Shown: positions 21,400-34,449 of the stretch, one piece after another
Layout: each line of letters begins with the position of its first letter
How positions within the stretch are numbered: the first letter of the stretch is position 1
Assembly: GCA_010909165.1 (NCBI GenBank)
Contig: VJWM01000044.1
Coordinates: forward strand, 1,054,001 to 1,118,000
From: Anthoceros angustus
Lineage: Eukaryota; Plantae; Anthocerotophyta
DNA length: 64,000 nucleotides
Direction of reading: 5' to 3'
Notes under the pieces: model-generated
The model's database searches: none
Told to the model about the DNA's origin: nothing
The model's input: the letters and a program-made list of their open reading frames with translations, nothing else
Program-made: the position numbers and the translations under genes

Positions 21400-24300
21400 G
21401 TCAGAGCACGGCCCAATCATGTCTGCATGCAGAGAAACAGTCAGAGGGGGCAACCTATTTACATGCTGATAACGACTACACATCAGAGCTTTTGCAAGTG
21501 AACCTGAGCAAAGCTCGTAAGATTTCATCCGAAATTCCACCAACACTGACCGATGTCCTATATGGAAGTCCACGGATTTTCCCAGATGATGACGGATCAA
21601 ACGCAACAGACCCGGTCGAGCCTGCAAGTCCTGCCTGCCGCTGGTAAAAGCTTGCAGCCGCCGCTGCAGCGTTTTGCATGTCCGTCCACGCTCCCGCTCC
21701 TTGTCCTCCCATTAGTCCAGTCATTCCAAACGCTCCTGCTGCAGCCTACACCAGGCAAATAGTTGCACCCGTCAGAACGTCAAAACAAGAGCTACAACTT
21801 GTCGAATCAATACCCCACTTGTAAAGGGAAAAAAGAAAGGGAACGAAGAGCAAAGTAATGACCTGCTGCTGTAAAAGTAAGAGTTGTACACTAGGATCCA
21901 AGGCTTGCGCCATTCCAAAGCCACCTAAACCTCCAGTTGCCAGCAACATTTCACTGCAACCACACAAAAAGCCTCCCCTTCGTCCTCAGGAGTAAACTGC
22001 AAACAGTCAAGATTCTCACTAGGACGGTAGAATCAACTTTCCAACCTCTTTGAGGCTCTAAATAGCTCGATATATCGAGATCCAATATTCTGTCTGTGGC
22101 GCTCCATGGCCCGTTGAGCCTCATCGGGTGAGACAAACTCCACAAAGGCCTCCCCTGTCGGGCGGTCTGTTGCTCCCATCACAACATGAATGCCATTTGG
22201 CAAAATAGAATACCCCTCAAAAAAATCCATGATTTCCCTCTGCCCAGCATTATATGGAAGACCTCGCATTTTGATGCAAACATGATCTGACATATCACCC
22301 ATGCCCTGCAAACCAGAAATGCTTCCCAGCCCTGCGGCTTGAATGGCTGCTACATTCATCCCAGTTAAACCCTGCACTCCAAATGCTCCCATCATCCCCG
22401 GGATCTGGAACACAATCCCACCAGCACATGACCATTCAGGCAAGACCTAGGCCCCACACCCTTTCCACTGACTTATAAGTCCACAGTTTTAGAGCCCCAG
22501 TTCTATTTCGCATGGTTGTTATAAGAGAATCATAACTCAAGGCTCAACTGACCTGCCCAACAGCACCAAATTGAGAAAATCCAGTGACACCCGAAAACAT
22601 CCCATACATACGCTGCTGCACAGCAGTCATCATCTCTCCTTTTGTACTCCGAAATAGTTCCACATACCGCTGCAGAATCACCAGCACACTACCTTGTGTG
22701 AGGCACAGTCCAGATGACAGTCAATACTTAGCACCTACTCTCACAAAAATAGCCGATTGAAAATGAATGTACTCACCGAGCCCATTGGCTCTCTATGCAA
22801 CTGCATGGCTCGAGCTGCAGTTTCCTCATTCACAAATTCCACAAATGCCTGTATACAGATTGTCACTTGTGATAAGCAGAAGATCCCACAAAAAAAACAA
22901 AGCTGACCCAACAGAGCATGGATACTGACCTCCCCAGTTGGACGGCCATCTGCATGAGTGCATAGAAAAATGCCATCGGGTACAACAAGCATTCCCTTAA
23001 AGAAAGCTGTGATGTCTGCCGAAGTGCAGCTGCAGCAGAGAAAGCAAGAATTTGTAGCTTATCCCTGGAGCTCTAGAGTAGCTTATCATTGGATTACACA
23101 ACCAAGGGCAACAATCCTGCTTAAACCCTATACCTGTAAGGCATCCCCCTCATTCGCACAACTCCAGTGTATCGCATGTCTGGGTTTCCTGACATTCCTG
23201 GGATTCCTGTGTTGAGCACACTACCACCGCTTACTGCGGCACTTCCTCGCCCAACCATGCGCAAAGCTCCCTGGTAAAAACGAGCAGTAAGACTCCACCA
23301 TGTTGTGCAGCTGTTAAGCTACAAGCTGGAAAGTGATACACAAAACCTACCTGCATGTCAGCTGGGTGACCCTTGAATACTTCGATGTAACGGCTGCCAA
23401 TATGTTGTCTACACAGAAAACCACAGATAAGCCTAGAAGTCAAAGGTCCAGAAATGCTTCTTGCTTCTCATCTGCCATCCTACTAGCAAAGGAGTGAAGA
23501 TCAGATCAGACCAGATCCTTTGACCTGAAAACCGAAGGCACCCACGCCATTCTAAACTGGGCAAATTTCGTCCACTCGCTGCTCACCTATTCCTCTCAAG
23601 GGCTTTATTAGCTAAGTCAGCATTTGCAAACTGCACATATGCTTGTCCAGTGGATCGTCCTGCAGAAGGACAGCGATAGCAATATAATAAGGGGATGATC
23701 CGCTTTGGTCGCACTACAAACAGCTACAAGTTCAAGTTGGAAAGACACCTTGAAAATTAACACAAATAACCACCCCGTCTGGTCCCATGTCCAAACCCTT
23801 GAAGAAGTCCGCAATATCGGCTTCTGAGGCACTGAAGGGGAGGCCCCGTAACCGTACGACATTGCTGCGTTTTCTGCAGAGAAAAATTTGTGGTCAGCAA
23901 GCAGGAAGACGATCACTGAGCAAAGAGAATCTTGCAACTGAACCCACCCCCCTGCCATGAAGCTAATGCTGATGTCAGCAGAGTATAGGCTAGGCTGCCT
24001 CACATGCAGCGCAAGATTATCAAAGCCAGTAACTCATCAATTGCAAATTGCCACAAGATAGAATGCACCGATCAGAATGCCCTCCTCCCAAAAAGCCCCG
24101 ATGCTGTGCACGTCATACGAACAATCACAACACTCACAATTCATCATCGAGAGCACTTCCTCCCACAAGCCCTCCTATGCCCGCCATGGCTGGCCACCAA
24201 GTAACCTAAAACCTCTGAGCTGCAAGCCACATGCATTGTCACAACAGGCAAGCACAAATAAGAAACCCTGCCACCTATCCTCCAATCCCACTACAGTCCA

Positions 24301-24554
24301 GTCGACTGGCAACCACAAACACCGCAACATAGGCCTACGCCTGCCTTACCACTTGTCCGCAACCTGCTTGGGCGCGGCGCTACCGTAAGCCTGCTGCCAC
24401 AGCCTGTAGGCGTATCCGTAGCACTGTCTTGTGGGCGGACCATCGATAGATAGGGATGGCCTCCGGGATTTCGATCCTGCCCCGAACCCCTTCCTCGGAC
24501 TAGATCGACGTAACGACTCGACGGGCTCAGGTAACCTGTCCAAGGTCCATCCAT
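21400..24554 (-). CDS. hnRNP F/H / GRSF1-like RNA-binding protein with three quasi-RRMs; ends approximate
   Basis: VVRLRGLPFSASEADIADFF (~23800-23860), VVRMRGMPYS-CTSADITAFF...GRPTGE-AFVEF, CIKMRGLPYNAGQREIMDFF...RPTGEAFVEF...IGSRYIELF, plus Gly/Met/Gln-rich low-complexity linkers. Confidence 0.88.
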
Positions 24555-24577
24555 AAACCGTTTGACCTCTTAAAATC

Positions 24578-27500
24578 AGTTTCATACTAAAATTTCCTCC
24601 ACCGTTAAAAATTAATTAATGGTCTCCTTTCCCATCGCCAGGGATGAACAACGATATCCTTAGCTTTCCAGCCCGCTTTGTTTCCGGCGCCTTTAACCCA
24701 CAAACGTACAAGGGGTTTTCAGCATTTGTTTAGGAAAAATCGCTTGAAATAGTTTTCATCATTTTATTGGTGAGTTATTTGGAACTAATATTCAAAAAAC
24801 TATGGCAACGTGCTCCAGGACATGCTCTATCCAGCACACTTTGTATCATCTCGATCTGCCCACCCACAAGTGAAAACAAGAGACCAATCGAAATGTTGGG
24901 GCTTAGATCACGAAATGGGACTTGAGTGCACATACATCTTACTAGTTAGCAATCAGGTGAGCTCCAAATCAGTGCTCCCTTACACCATTTGACTCACAGA
25001 GACATATTAGTAACCATGACAATCTGATGAAAAGAAAGAGTCAAAAAGCTTATGAAACTGCCATCACCCAACACAAAAAAGGTCGAAGCATCCCCAACCC
25101 AAGTTCCTCACTAACCTAGGACGTGTCCAAACTCCATGGCTTGTCTTGCCGTGGTAGAAGTCTGTTGGCCAGACGGTGCACAATCATTGACCGTTCCCGG
25201 GCCCCACCTCGCCACCGCCTCCACAGCCTCCCCCGTTTCCCCGCTCCCCCGCCTAATCGGCTGCCCGTGTCTTCATGCCACCGCCTAGAAGCATGGTTCC
25301 CACGCTAGTCATAGTGCTCGTTGGCTCTATAGAGGATGAGCCAGATACTACAGCTACAAACAAATTGTTCATCCGGACAGCATTGCCGTTGGCCCTCCTC
25401 ACTTCCACCTCCAATGATGGAATAGGGTAGACAAAAAAAACAAATACATTAGCTCCCTAAGCACCATCAGCCCAGAAGCCCACCCCATTCCAACTGAAAA
25501 GTAACACGCCTCTACAAGCACCACAGACAGCGCTTCCAATAGCTCCCACTCGATAGCCCCTTGGCGTCAAATGAAATGAAGGCAACCATCTCTCGGTTCC
25601 CCTCGAACATGAAATGCAGGGGACTCACAAAGGGCTGCAGCACTTGCCCACGAACTTTAGTGACAGCAAAGGCATGGACATGGAGGACGCTCAGCGCCCA
25701 CAAAGTCCAATCAACCTTGCCTTCAAGCCAACTCCGTCTCGACCGAGTAGCCGCTACCCGAATCGGGAATGGGTCTGGGCCCAAGATAATGGGCTCATTC
25801 CCGCGCAGCCCTACTTTATCCTCGTCGCCCCCAGAGACATCTTGCTGCCATATGGGACCTCCTTCCCCATCGCCGAGGAGGAGGCTCACAACTAGCTGCC
25901 GGGCATTGTAGTAACGGAATTGCCTGAGCTGGAAGACCAAAATAGAGTTTTACTTGCTGACTTTGGTTGGGGGTGCATGTGCCGCGTGCTGCAGTTTGAT
26001 GCACTCATCCCCCAGCGGTCGACCCTAGTCGAGCCTCCATATCTCCCATAGTACTTTGGGCTCGTCAATCATCCCAACACTTAGGCATATCTTTTGTCTG
26101 GAGCGGCACTTGAAATGAATACTGACCTAACTTGTGAAGAATTTGTTCAAGCGTCTGCTCCCAAGTGTCGCCTACCGTATGTACATCCTCCATGTTTCAC
26201 CTCGCCGACTCCCTCAAGCAGCATTGCCGACCCTCCTGGTCCGAACGCAAGTGGATGGGAGGAGTTGTTGCCTCTAGACTCCTCAAAGGGGCTGTAATCA
26301 GGATTTGGGTTTGCTAGGGCGGTCATGCTGCATTCGTCCTCGTTCTCTGCGGACGGGCTGCGTTGGCTTCTGGCCTCCCTCCATGAGAAGGTGCACGAAT
26401 GAGCCGCTGGTTGGAGGGTCCTCTTGCATGTTACAGTTGCGATAGTGGGTTGCCTATGTGGACACCTCACCGGGTGGATTAGGAGCCGAGTTTTTAGTAA
26501 AAGCAAGTTGCTATGGGAGGTCTACCAGCAAGACGTTGCCCGGCTTGCACATAAGCAAGGTAATGTTTGATTGTGGTCCATGGATGATTAAGGGAGGGAA
26601 CAACGACCCAAGGTCTCGGGATTCGCTTCGGGTAGGTGTGAGGAACTCGAATGAAGGGATGCATCGGCAAGCACATGAACTAGCCATGGTCGTGTGAAGG
26701 GTGGTGAAGTTTCATCAACGTGGGCCGCGAGATGGTCGAGCGGTGGTGGCTTACCTGACCACCTCTAGGGAGGAGGTGATGTTCCTCATGGTTGGTAAGT
26801 CTTAGAATTTTTGCGACTTAGGTCGAGGTACGACGCTTGTCTCGGCAAATTTTTAACCTCACCGGCACTGTGTTCGGGGAGGCCATTAGAGTCCAGATGC
26901 TTCGAGAGCAGGTCTAGCCTGTCATTGCCAAAATGTAGACAGGGCCACATGATGCTTTAGAGATAGTGGCTAGGGACCGAACAATAGTTGTGGGCGTAGT
27001 GTCGGTGGCAGCAAGGTTGAACAGAGGATGAGGTGGCGTGGCCACCAAGTCCAAGTCAATCGGCTAATTGGAACCCTACACTACAGCCCGGGAGCGTAGA
27101 GCCAGCTAGTGAACCTGGGCATGGCCCCAAAGGTGGATTTGATGACCCGCCACCTGCACACACAAAGGATGTTGAACATCTGGAATTGTGGCTGGAACAC
27201 GATAATATTTGAAGCGGTTGAATATACGAAGCCGCTTTCAGAAACCCCGGACCAATTTAAGGTTCACCGTACAGTCCCAAAACCCGTGACTCTTGATGTT
27301 CTCGGTTTACGCCTTTGGGTCTTCTTACTGCCTTGTCACGGTTTGATCCGTTTGGACAAAATTTTGCCTCCACATATGGTGCACGGCGCATGTGTGTGAG
27401 TGCCGGCATACCGGTGCCCTAAAAGAAACTCAACTTAGCTGGTATAAAAACTACAACTTGGATCTCGAACTTTCGACTATAATTCTTAGTCGAGTTTTTT

Positions 27501-29590
27501 ACCACTTTACCAACTCTAAGAGACAACAAAACTTTCTGATCCACAAATAATATATACTAATGAATATCTACATATATATGCTCGTACCCTATGCTCTTAT
27601 GCTCCCTCCATAGGGCGCCGACATGCTGGCGTCCTTAAATAGGTTTTTAATGAGCGCCGATGTGCCTGCGTCCGCATTAACACTACGGCTTACAACCACT
27701 TTGTGGTGCACCCATGCACATTATGACTTACATACATTAGGCTATGTATCCCTTGCTTGCGCAAGAGAATGAGAAAAAACACACCACCTTTCACACTTCT
27801 GATCACGACACAGCCTTGGTCGCTCACAAAGATGGTGTCCAACACACAAAAAATGTATTCAATTGCCATGACCTCTGTAGAAAGATGGTCGCCATCTGCA
27901 TGAGCTCGAGAATAGGGGAGAAACTTGGCCATGTCATGTCTCTCCTCACCATTCCGATTCAAGTAAAATTTACGATTATGAATATTAGGGCATGGGTAAT
28001 TTCAAACAGCGTGCATAAAAAACCGTTGAAATTTGAAAATAATTTCCATGATTCAAAGTTCAAGACTACGAATTATTAGAGTAAGGGGATTTTAAACCGA
28101 ACCAATTATGTATCACTTTTATAACACAAACTATGCTGGCCAAAACAAAGAAGCATGACTAGAACTAGTAACCCCGGATTTAATCTCTCATTTCAATCCA
28201 TATTACCTATTCCCTAGACACTAGGAAAAATTTACTTTTAATAGGCATGTCGACGCCTTTAGAAGTCTTGAACCCAAAACCTCTTGTCCTTTAGAAGTCT
28301 TGAACCCAAAACCTCTTGTCCACAACTCCCGAGTCTTACGTTTCATTAACTTTCCCACATACAAATTCAAGGAAGCACAAAGTATATCTTGAAATGAAGA
28401 CGCCGGCATGCCCTCATTCTTCTTCTTCTTCTTCATGCCCTTATGCTCCCCCATGTTGCTTGTTTTTTATAACCACGGTTCAGGTGGTTTTTTAGCCACT
28501 AGCCTAGGGTGTCTGTCCGACGTTGAGTAGTTCGAAGAAGCCATTACGGTTCATATAGTTTATCAACAAAAGGAGGGTGTTTGTCTGACGTCTAGCAGTC
28601 ATTGCCAAAGGCCATGAATCTTGGGCGTCGGCGCCCAAGGCACGTAGCCTTTGGGCATGACTTCTGCGCTAGCATGCTGGCGCCTAGGTGTGTCACTTAC
28701 GATATGTTTAGGGTCTTCACACCCTCCGGCTATTGTGCACAACGACGTCGACCGTGTCTGGATTGGATGCATAGCATGAATATAGAAATAGCCGTATGCA
28801 TTTCCTTCGATGATGCTGGAGAGATGGTCGCTCATGTTCATTTAGTATTGTTTAATGAATGGCAGGCACTAACGACATGGACATCATTTCCATCGAAAAT
28901 AATGGTCGACCTGTAGGATGAACCCTTCGTCTACCACTGTGGGCCGCTAAAAGATATAAAATTCCATATGACACCCTAATTGTGTGCCTTCTTCTGCAGG
29001 GTAAGCTCAAATATGCCATTTCAATGCCCATCGAAAACCCCGTTCCGCGTCTATTCACGTCAGAAGCCGCTTGATGTATATTCAGCCACTTCAAATATTA
29101 TGGTGTTCTGGGCAGGCAGTCGATGCGAGCCAGGGCTCAATGGTTGCGTCAACATCTCCACACAGGGCTGGGTGGGATAGCGAAGCTGGATGTCAATTTG
29201 AGGGTTTTGATTGACGTCCCAAAGGACGAGACTGATGTGTTCCGGCATGTGCACATCTGGCTGAAAATAGAATCGTAGGGGTCTGTGCAAATGTTGCTCG
29301 GGAGGCACAGGCTCGAGTGCGGGCTTAGGAGGTGGGTCTGTAGGCCTGCCGTTGTACGGGCGGCGAGTGTGTGTACACTGGGGGCGCCACGCTCATCGAC
29401 GTCAACAAGCCCTCCGTGGACGGCGCCACCCTAACATGTTGTTGCGCTGGAGGTGCCCGGGCGGAGGTTGTTTAACATCTCTGTTCAAGTTTCACACTAA
29501 AATTCCCTCGAATGTTGAAAATGAATTAATGGTCTCCTTTCCCATCGCCATGGATGAATGATAATATCCTAGCTTTCCCGCCTGCTTTGA
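24578..29590 (+). repeat. ~100-bp dispersed direct repeat (24578-24680 and 29488-29590) bracketing decayed, unassigned sequence
   Basis: Shared AATTAATGGTCTCCTTTCCCATCGCCA...GATATCCT(T)AGCTTTCC.GCC.GCTTTG, roughly 80% similar by eye. Confidence 0.7.
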
Positions 29591-29985
29591 TCACGACACT
29601 AATTCTTTGATGAAGGATATCTTTTCCCGCCCGCTTTGTCTCATTGCCTAATTTTTCGATAAGAGAGATTCGCTTTCCCGCTTTAATAAGGATATCGTTT
29701 TCCGTCCGCTTTGTCCCATTGCCTAACTCTAGGATTCAATTTCCTGCTTTGATAAGGATATCTCTTTCTAGGGCGGTTTCTCCTCGGCATCTAATTCTTT
29801 GATCAGGAATATCACTTTCCTGGCCACTTTGTCCCCCTAATTGCTTGATGAGGGATATTACTTTCCCACCCGCTTTGTACTCGACGTCTAACTCTTTGAT
29901 AACCAATATCATTAATGTTGTCTAATTCTTTGATAAGTCCCACCCACTTTGTCTTGGCACCTAATTCTTTGATAATCAATATCCT
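29570..29985. repeat. Degenerate ~45-50-bp minisatellite, about 9 copies, plus one inverted copy at ~30130-30170
   Basis: Unit is approximately AATTCTTTGATAAGGATATCTTTTCCCGCCCGCTTTGTCCCATTGCCT. Confidence 0.8.
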
Positions 29986-30388
29986 TGAATATTGGCTACA
30001 CACCTAACTACATACTATTTATTAATCAAAATGATTAAATCTTCAATCACACCAATAATCTGTTGAACATTTAATAATTTTGATTGATAAATAGATACCT
30101 AATTAGATGCATAGACAACATTAAATAATATTGATTATCAAAGAAATTAGACACCTGGGACAAAGTAGGGATGTCGCTGCTGATCAACTCAAACCCTTCC
30201 TTATTTTTCCGGTCACGGATTGAAATTGGAGCAGTCACAGACCGCTTTCACTCCTCCAATTTTAGAAGGTACAATAGCATCAGGAATAATGGCGAACATA
30301 TTTGCCATATGGGTTCTAAATGTGGCCACTCCATGGTCTCACTCTCCTGAACGAGAAATTTCAAAACTGTGCCCACTCTGGCTGTAAA

Positions 30389-31699
30389 TCACAATCGGTT
30401 GATGACGGCCTCCACTTCAGCAGGCGTGTAGAGATGGTACTTGGGTGCCACTTTCGCTATGTCTACGTTGGAGGGTGTGATCTGGGATCAAACAACAGCG
30501 TGGAGACTTTAAGTCAGGGGAAGAATGAACGGTGGGCAAGACCAGTGCAGATTCTGAGAAGTCGTAACCTTTTCCTCCATGACTTGCTTTAATGTGGAAA
30601 GGGCCAGAGTTTCGGCTTCCGCAAGCGTCATTTCCTGTTTGTACAGACTCATAAGCTGCCCCAATCCTTCGGTGCAACAGAAATTAATGACATCCAATTT
30701 ATAAGAGGAATGGTCACCTTGTTATAGTGCTCCTGTAGCGAGGTGTCAGCGCCCTCAGAACCAGAACCTATAGCTTTCGCGTGACACTGCCAGAAAGTGC
30801 CTGATGGGTCTGTGTGGTACCTGTTGCAAGGCAACAAGTTACGCGTGAGCTCGCCGACTGTGATGCTACCCAGCAGAGTCATCTGAGCTGAAAGCTTTTG
30901 GCGGGAACTCACAAACATGGGCCATTCTCATCCCAGCCAGCAATCAACAGAGAGACGCCGAACGGTCTGGACTGCAAACAGGTGTGTCAAAACAGAAGGT
31001 GTGTCAAAACAGAAGTTCCTGGAGAGACAATTTGGAAGAACACCAAACAAGATGCCAAGTACCATAGAGTCCTCGTCGCCCTCCCCGAACCGCAAAGCCA
31101 AATCACAGATGGCTTGTGTTGTGGACTCGACGCTCATGGGCTCATTGTAGGAGAACCTATGATTCTACATCCATGACATGATAAAGAAAAGGGTTAGCAT
31201 TGGGAAAGAACACACTGAGGTTAGGTGGACAACCACAAACTGATATCAAGCGGCCTCAACTTGCCTGTGTTTCAACCCGAGCATGCTCCACCAGAGTGCG
31301 TGCATCAGCAGTGAGGCCACTCATAGCACACCCGATATGCTCATCAACCTCCATTATCTTCTCGACACTGGAGGGTTCCTGCAACAAAATTAGGTCAGAA
31401 GGTCCAAACTGCCTCCGTGGCTCTGCTGCGGAACCGTAACAAACTTCACCAGAAGAGGGGAGGTAATTCGTTTCTCCACAGCAAGAACGACTCCCTCCTT
31501 GGTCCCCAGCCCCACGGCTGTCGATCCGAGCTGCAAGGCAGAAAAGCATTACAGAAGTGCCGATGGGAGACATCAACCTGAGCTGCACACGCGCAACACC
31601 TACCTTAATAGCTTCAATGGCGTACTCCACTTGAAAGAGCCGCCCCTCCGGAGAAAATGTGTTCACTCCCCGGTCATACTCGCTCCTAGTTAGAAACAT
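30389..31699 (-). CDS. PSMA5: 20S proteasome subunit alpha type-5
   Basis: [39 protein letters not shown]...[46 protein letters not shown]...[11 protein letters not shown]...[30 protein letters not shown]. Confidence 0.97.
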
Positions 31700-34449
31700 G
31701 ATGATTTGCTGCAACCGGTGCCGGTGCCGTTCCCTCGCAACACCGGCTGTGCACAAGACCTAGACGCTCGATTGCAGCAAGTCGCCAGCAGACGCTCGCA
31801 ACCCGCACACGAAATGGTCGCCGGGAGTTAAAAGAATGTTTGGGGCCATACCAAAGTTAGGCTATCCCCTCCACACTGGCTGGGTCACGGAACTTCCGAA
31901 AATTATGTAAAACTCTGTAGGAGGAGACGATGCTGTATTCGCTCAGTATGTTACATCTGAATTGGTGAAAGGAATGCAGGTGCACTGCTAAACTGAGAGA
32001 AGAGGACTGTAGTCCGATGTGCTCACGCAAAGCTCGCCGACTGAGGAATCTGGGAGAGAGCCTCCATGGTGGACAGCTTGGATGGCTACGTTCAAGCCTT
32101 GGGCTAGAAGGCAAGGACTTGCAAGGAGGTCAAGTTTTTGGCACGAAACCATGAGTGCTGGCACCGGATGTTTGACACAGGTATTTGCACATCTCAGCAG
32201 GCGGAGGCACGTCGATTCTAGGAATCAGGTCAAGATAAGTCAGCTTGGAAGCCTCAACCTGCTCTTCCCTGCCAAGGAAGAACAGTGGTTTATGATGGAT
32301 CGGAGACGGGCAAGCCTGACTGATGTGCACCTAAACTAGGAGAGGACAGGAACCTTTGGCATACGTGAGAAAACCATACAATGGAGAAGAACGACGGAGG
32401 CATCGTGACGAAGAGTAGCTGCCATGGCGACAGAGTTTCGCCTCCCTCGGTCAGCATGCAGTTTTCAGTCTGCTACCTTTGCATATAACGCCTTTCACCA
32501 AACCGAACGAGTACAGAGTCGCACAACCAAGTCGGGAGCTGCCCCTGCTGCGCATCTTCCGGCTTGGTAGTTCGACATTGTACAGGCGGGTGATCGGAGA
32601 TTTCCGTGAGGACATACATCCGGCGGACATCCTGCATGCAATGCCATAACCCAAACTCCTAACACGGCACCCAAGAGCAGCGGGACATAGTCGAAGCACA
32701 CATGTACCAAGGACATCCCGTAGTAGGGTTTGCCAGACTGTTTCAGGAGTTAAAATTTATGACCCATTTATGCGACAAATCTCTATGCGCTAGGGATTTG
32801 ACGCACACATACATCTTGCAATAATTACGATAAAAAAAACATGATGTAATTTACTAAGATATGTACCTGATGCATGTTATAATTTTTTAACTGAAACTAT
32901 AAGAGATTTGTTTCTATGATATACCGGCAATGGTGATTTCTGCTTTGTAACCTCTAAACAATCACCCCTATTTTCCAAGAAATTCAAGCATTGTAGTTTC
33001 TGATTTTCTACAAGCGCTATGATTAGACATCAATTCCGACAAAATAAGGTAGTACGAAGCTCTATATGTGCTTCCCAACAAGCCTATGGTTGCCCTCATG
33101 GGAGCAAAATTGTAGTTTCGAGTATGAAAGGAACTTCCTCAAAGGTTTCGATTGAGATGCCCTTCTTCGGCCTCTTTCGAAGTGTTTAGGGGACGAGCTC
33201 ATGGGCAAAACACATGTGGAGATGCAAGAGGATCATTGCTAGTCACCATGAGAAATCCAAGGAAATTTGACATATAGTTCATCAGATACATCAAGAGAAA
33301 CGGCAGGGCCCTTCACAAAATGGACCCACCATGGCAGCAAGCTTCCATCCCAACTATCCTAATCGAGTTCATAAAATTGGCCCCTATGTACAAAGTGGAG
33401 ATCACGCAGTCCGTGCCGCGCATGCGAAGCTCCTCCTTGAGTAGTTGCCACCAGTAGACGCAGGACAAGAAAGCCCCCCTGTCTTTGAGGCAACCCGAGG
33501 AAACCTGTCCTCCCATCCATTGGCCACCACCCACATTCCTCATCCCGGTCTCCCGTAGCTGGGATTATCTCTCCTACCACTCACATATTAGTTCACTAAA
33601 AATCTCAGAGGCGGAGGACACGAGGATACCCGGAGCCCACGAGGAACCCATCTCTCGGCCTCCGACTCTCCTCCACTCCCCTTGCTCGCTGTACTTGCAT
33701 AGTTAGAGGCGCAGTCAAGCTTTTCATCTAGAACAAATACAAAAACTCTCGAACAACATGTAGTACAGAACCGCACTTCCAATGTGGAGACGAGAAGTAG
33801 TAGCATGCCGCCAGCACGAACAAGAACGACTTCCTCAACTCCTACTCCATCTCCACACTCAGGTGGAAAGTTGGGATATGCCACCATTGTCGGTTCCCCT
33901 CGAACATATAGTGGATACCCCCCGGGCCCGAGGGTAGCACATTCTCGAAAGCCCGTGGAATTACAGAGCATAAACTCGCAAGGACAGTCTCTGCCTAAGC
34001 CTCTGCCAAGTCCGCCCACCCAGTCTCCATTCCCACCCAGAGCTTCCCAATTTCCATTTCAACCTGGTTCCCCCCGAGTCTCCAACGGTGGAAGACCTCC
34101 ATCACCGGGTGCCCACGCTGATTACGGATGGCAACGCTGATCAGGCCACTAAGGCAAACTGGTTCATGCGGGCTCCCATATACATGATCAAGACCCTACT
34201 GTCCAATATCTGGACCTCGACCTCAAAGAAATTTGTTTCCCTCCCACAAATAAGGAACATGGCATGATCTCGGGATGAGGTGATGCATGCTACACATCGC
34301 CGCAATTTGAGTGGGTCAACAGCCCGATGAGCCCAGGCTACACTTTACACTGTCAGTGCAAGCTCTTGTGCATGCTAAGTTCCGCCCTCCCATGTATGTC
34401 ATAAGGCAACCTGGATGCGAGAGTACTGGGATGATTCAACGGTTTTGCT

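Noticed and set aside
4229-24554. Operon-like cluster of RNA and translation genes (TruA, PPR, THUMPD1, RF-like, mL80-like, qRRM)
   Set aside because: The genes act in different compartments, lie in mixed orientations and are interspersed with unrelated genes. Such families are common enough for chance co-location.
27740-27860. CCCH zinc-finger-like peptide (RLCRDQKCERWCVFSH) on the minus strand
   Set aside because: Short, flanked by stops, wrong spacing and no second finger. It could be chance.
29570-29985. CRISPR-like array
   Set aside because: The units are degenerate and contiguous with no unique spacers, there are no cas genes, and the context is eukaryotic. The same applies to the repeats at 8785-9005 and 41895-42095.
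33784-34140. Pro/Ser-rich ORF as a gene
   Set aside because: Low complexity with a GTG start, no splice or homology support, and located in a decayed region.
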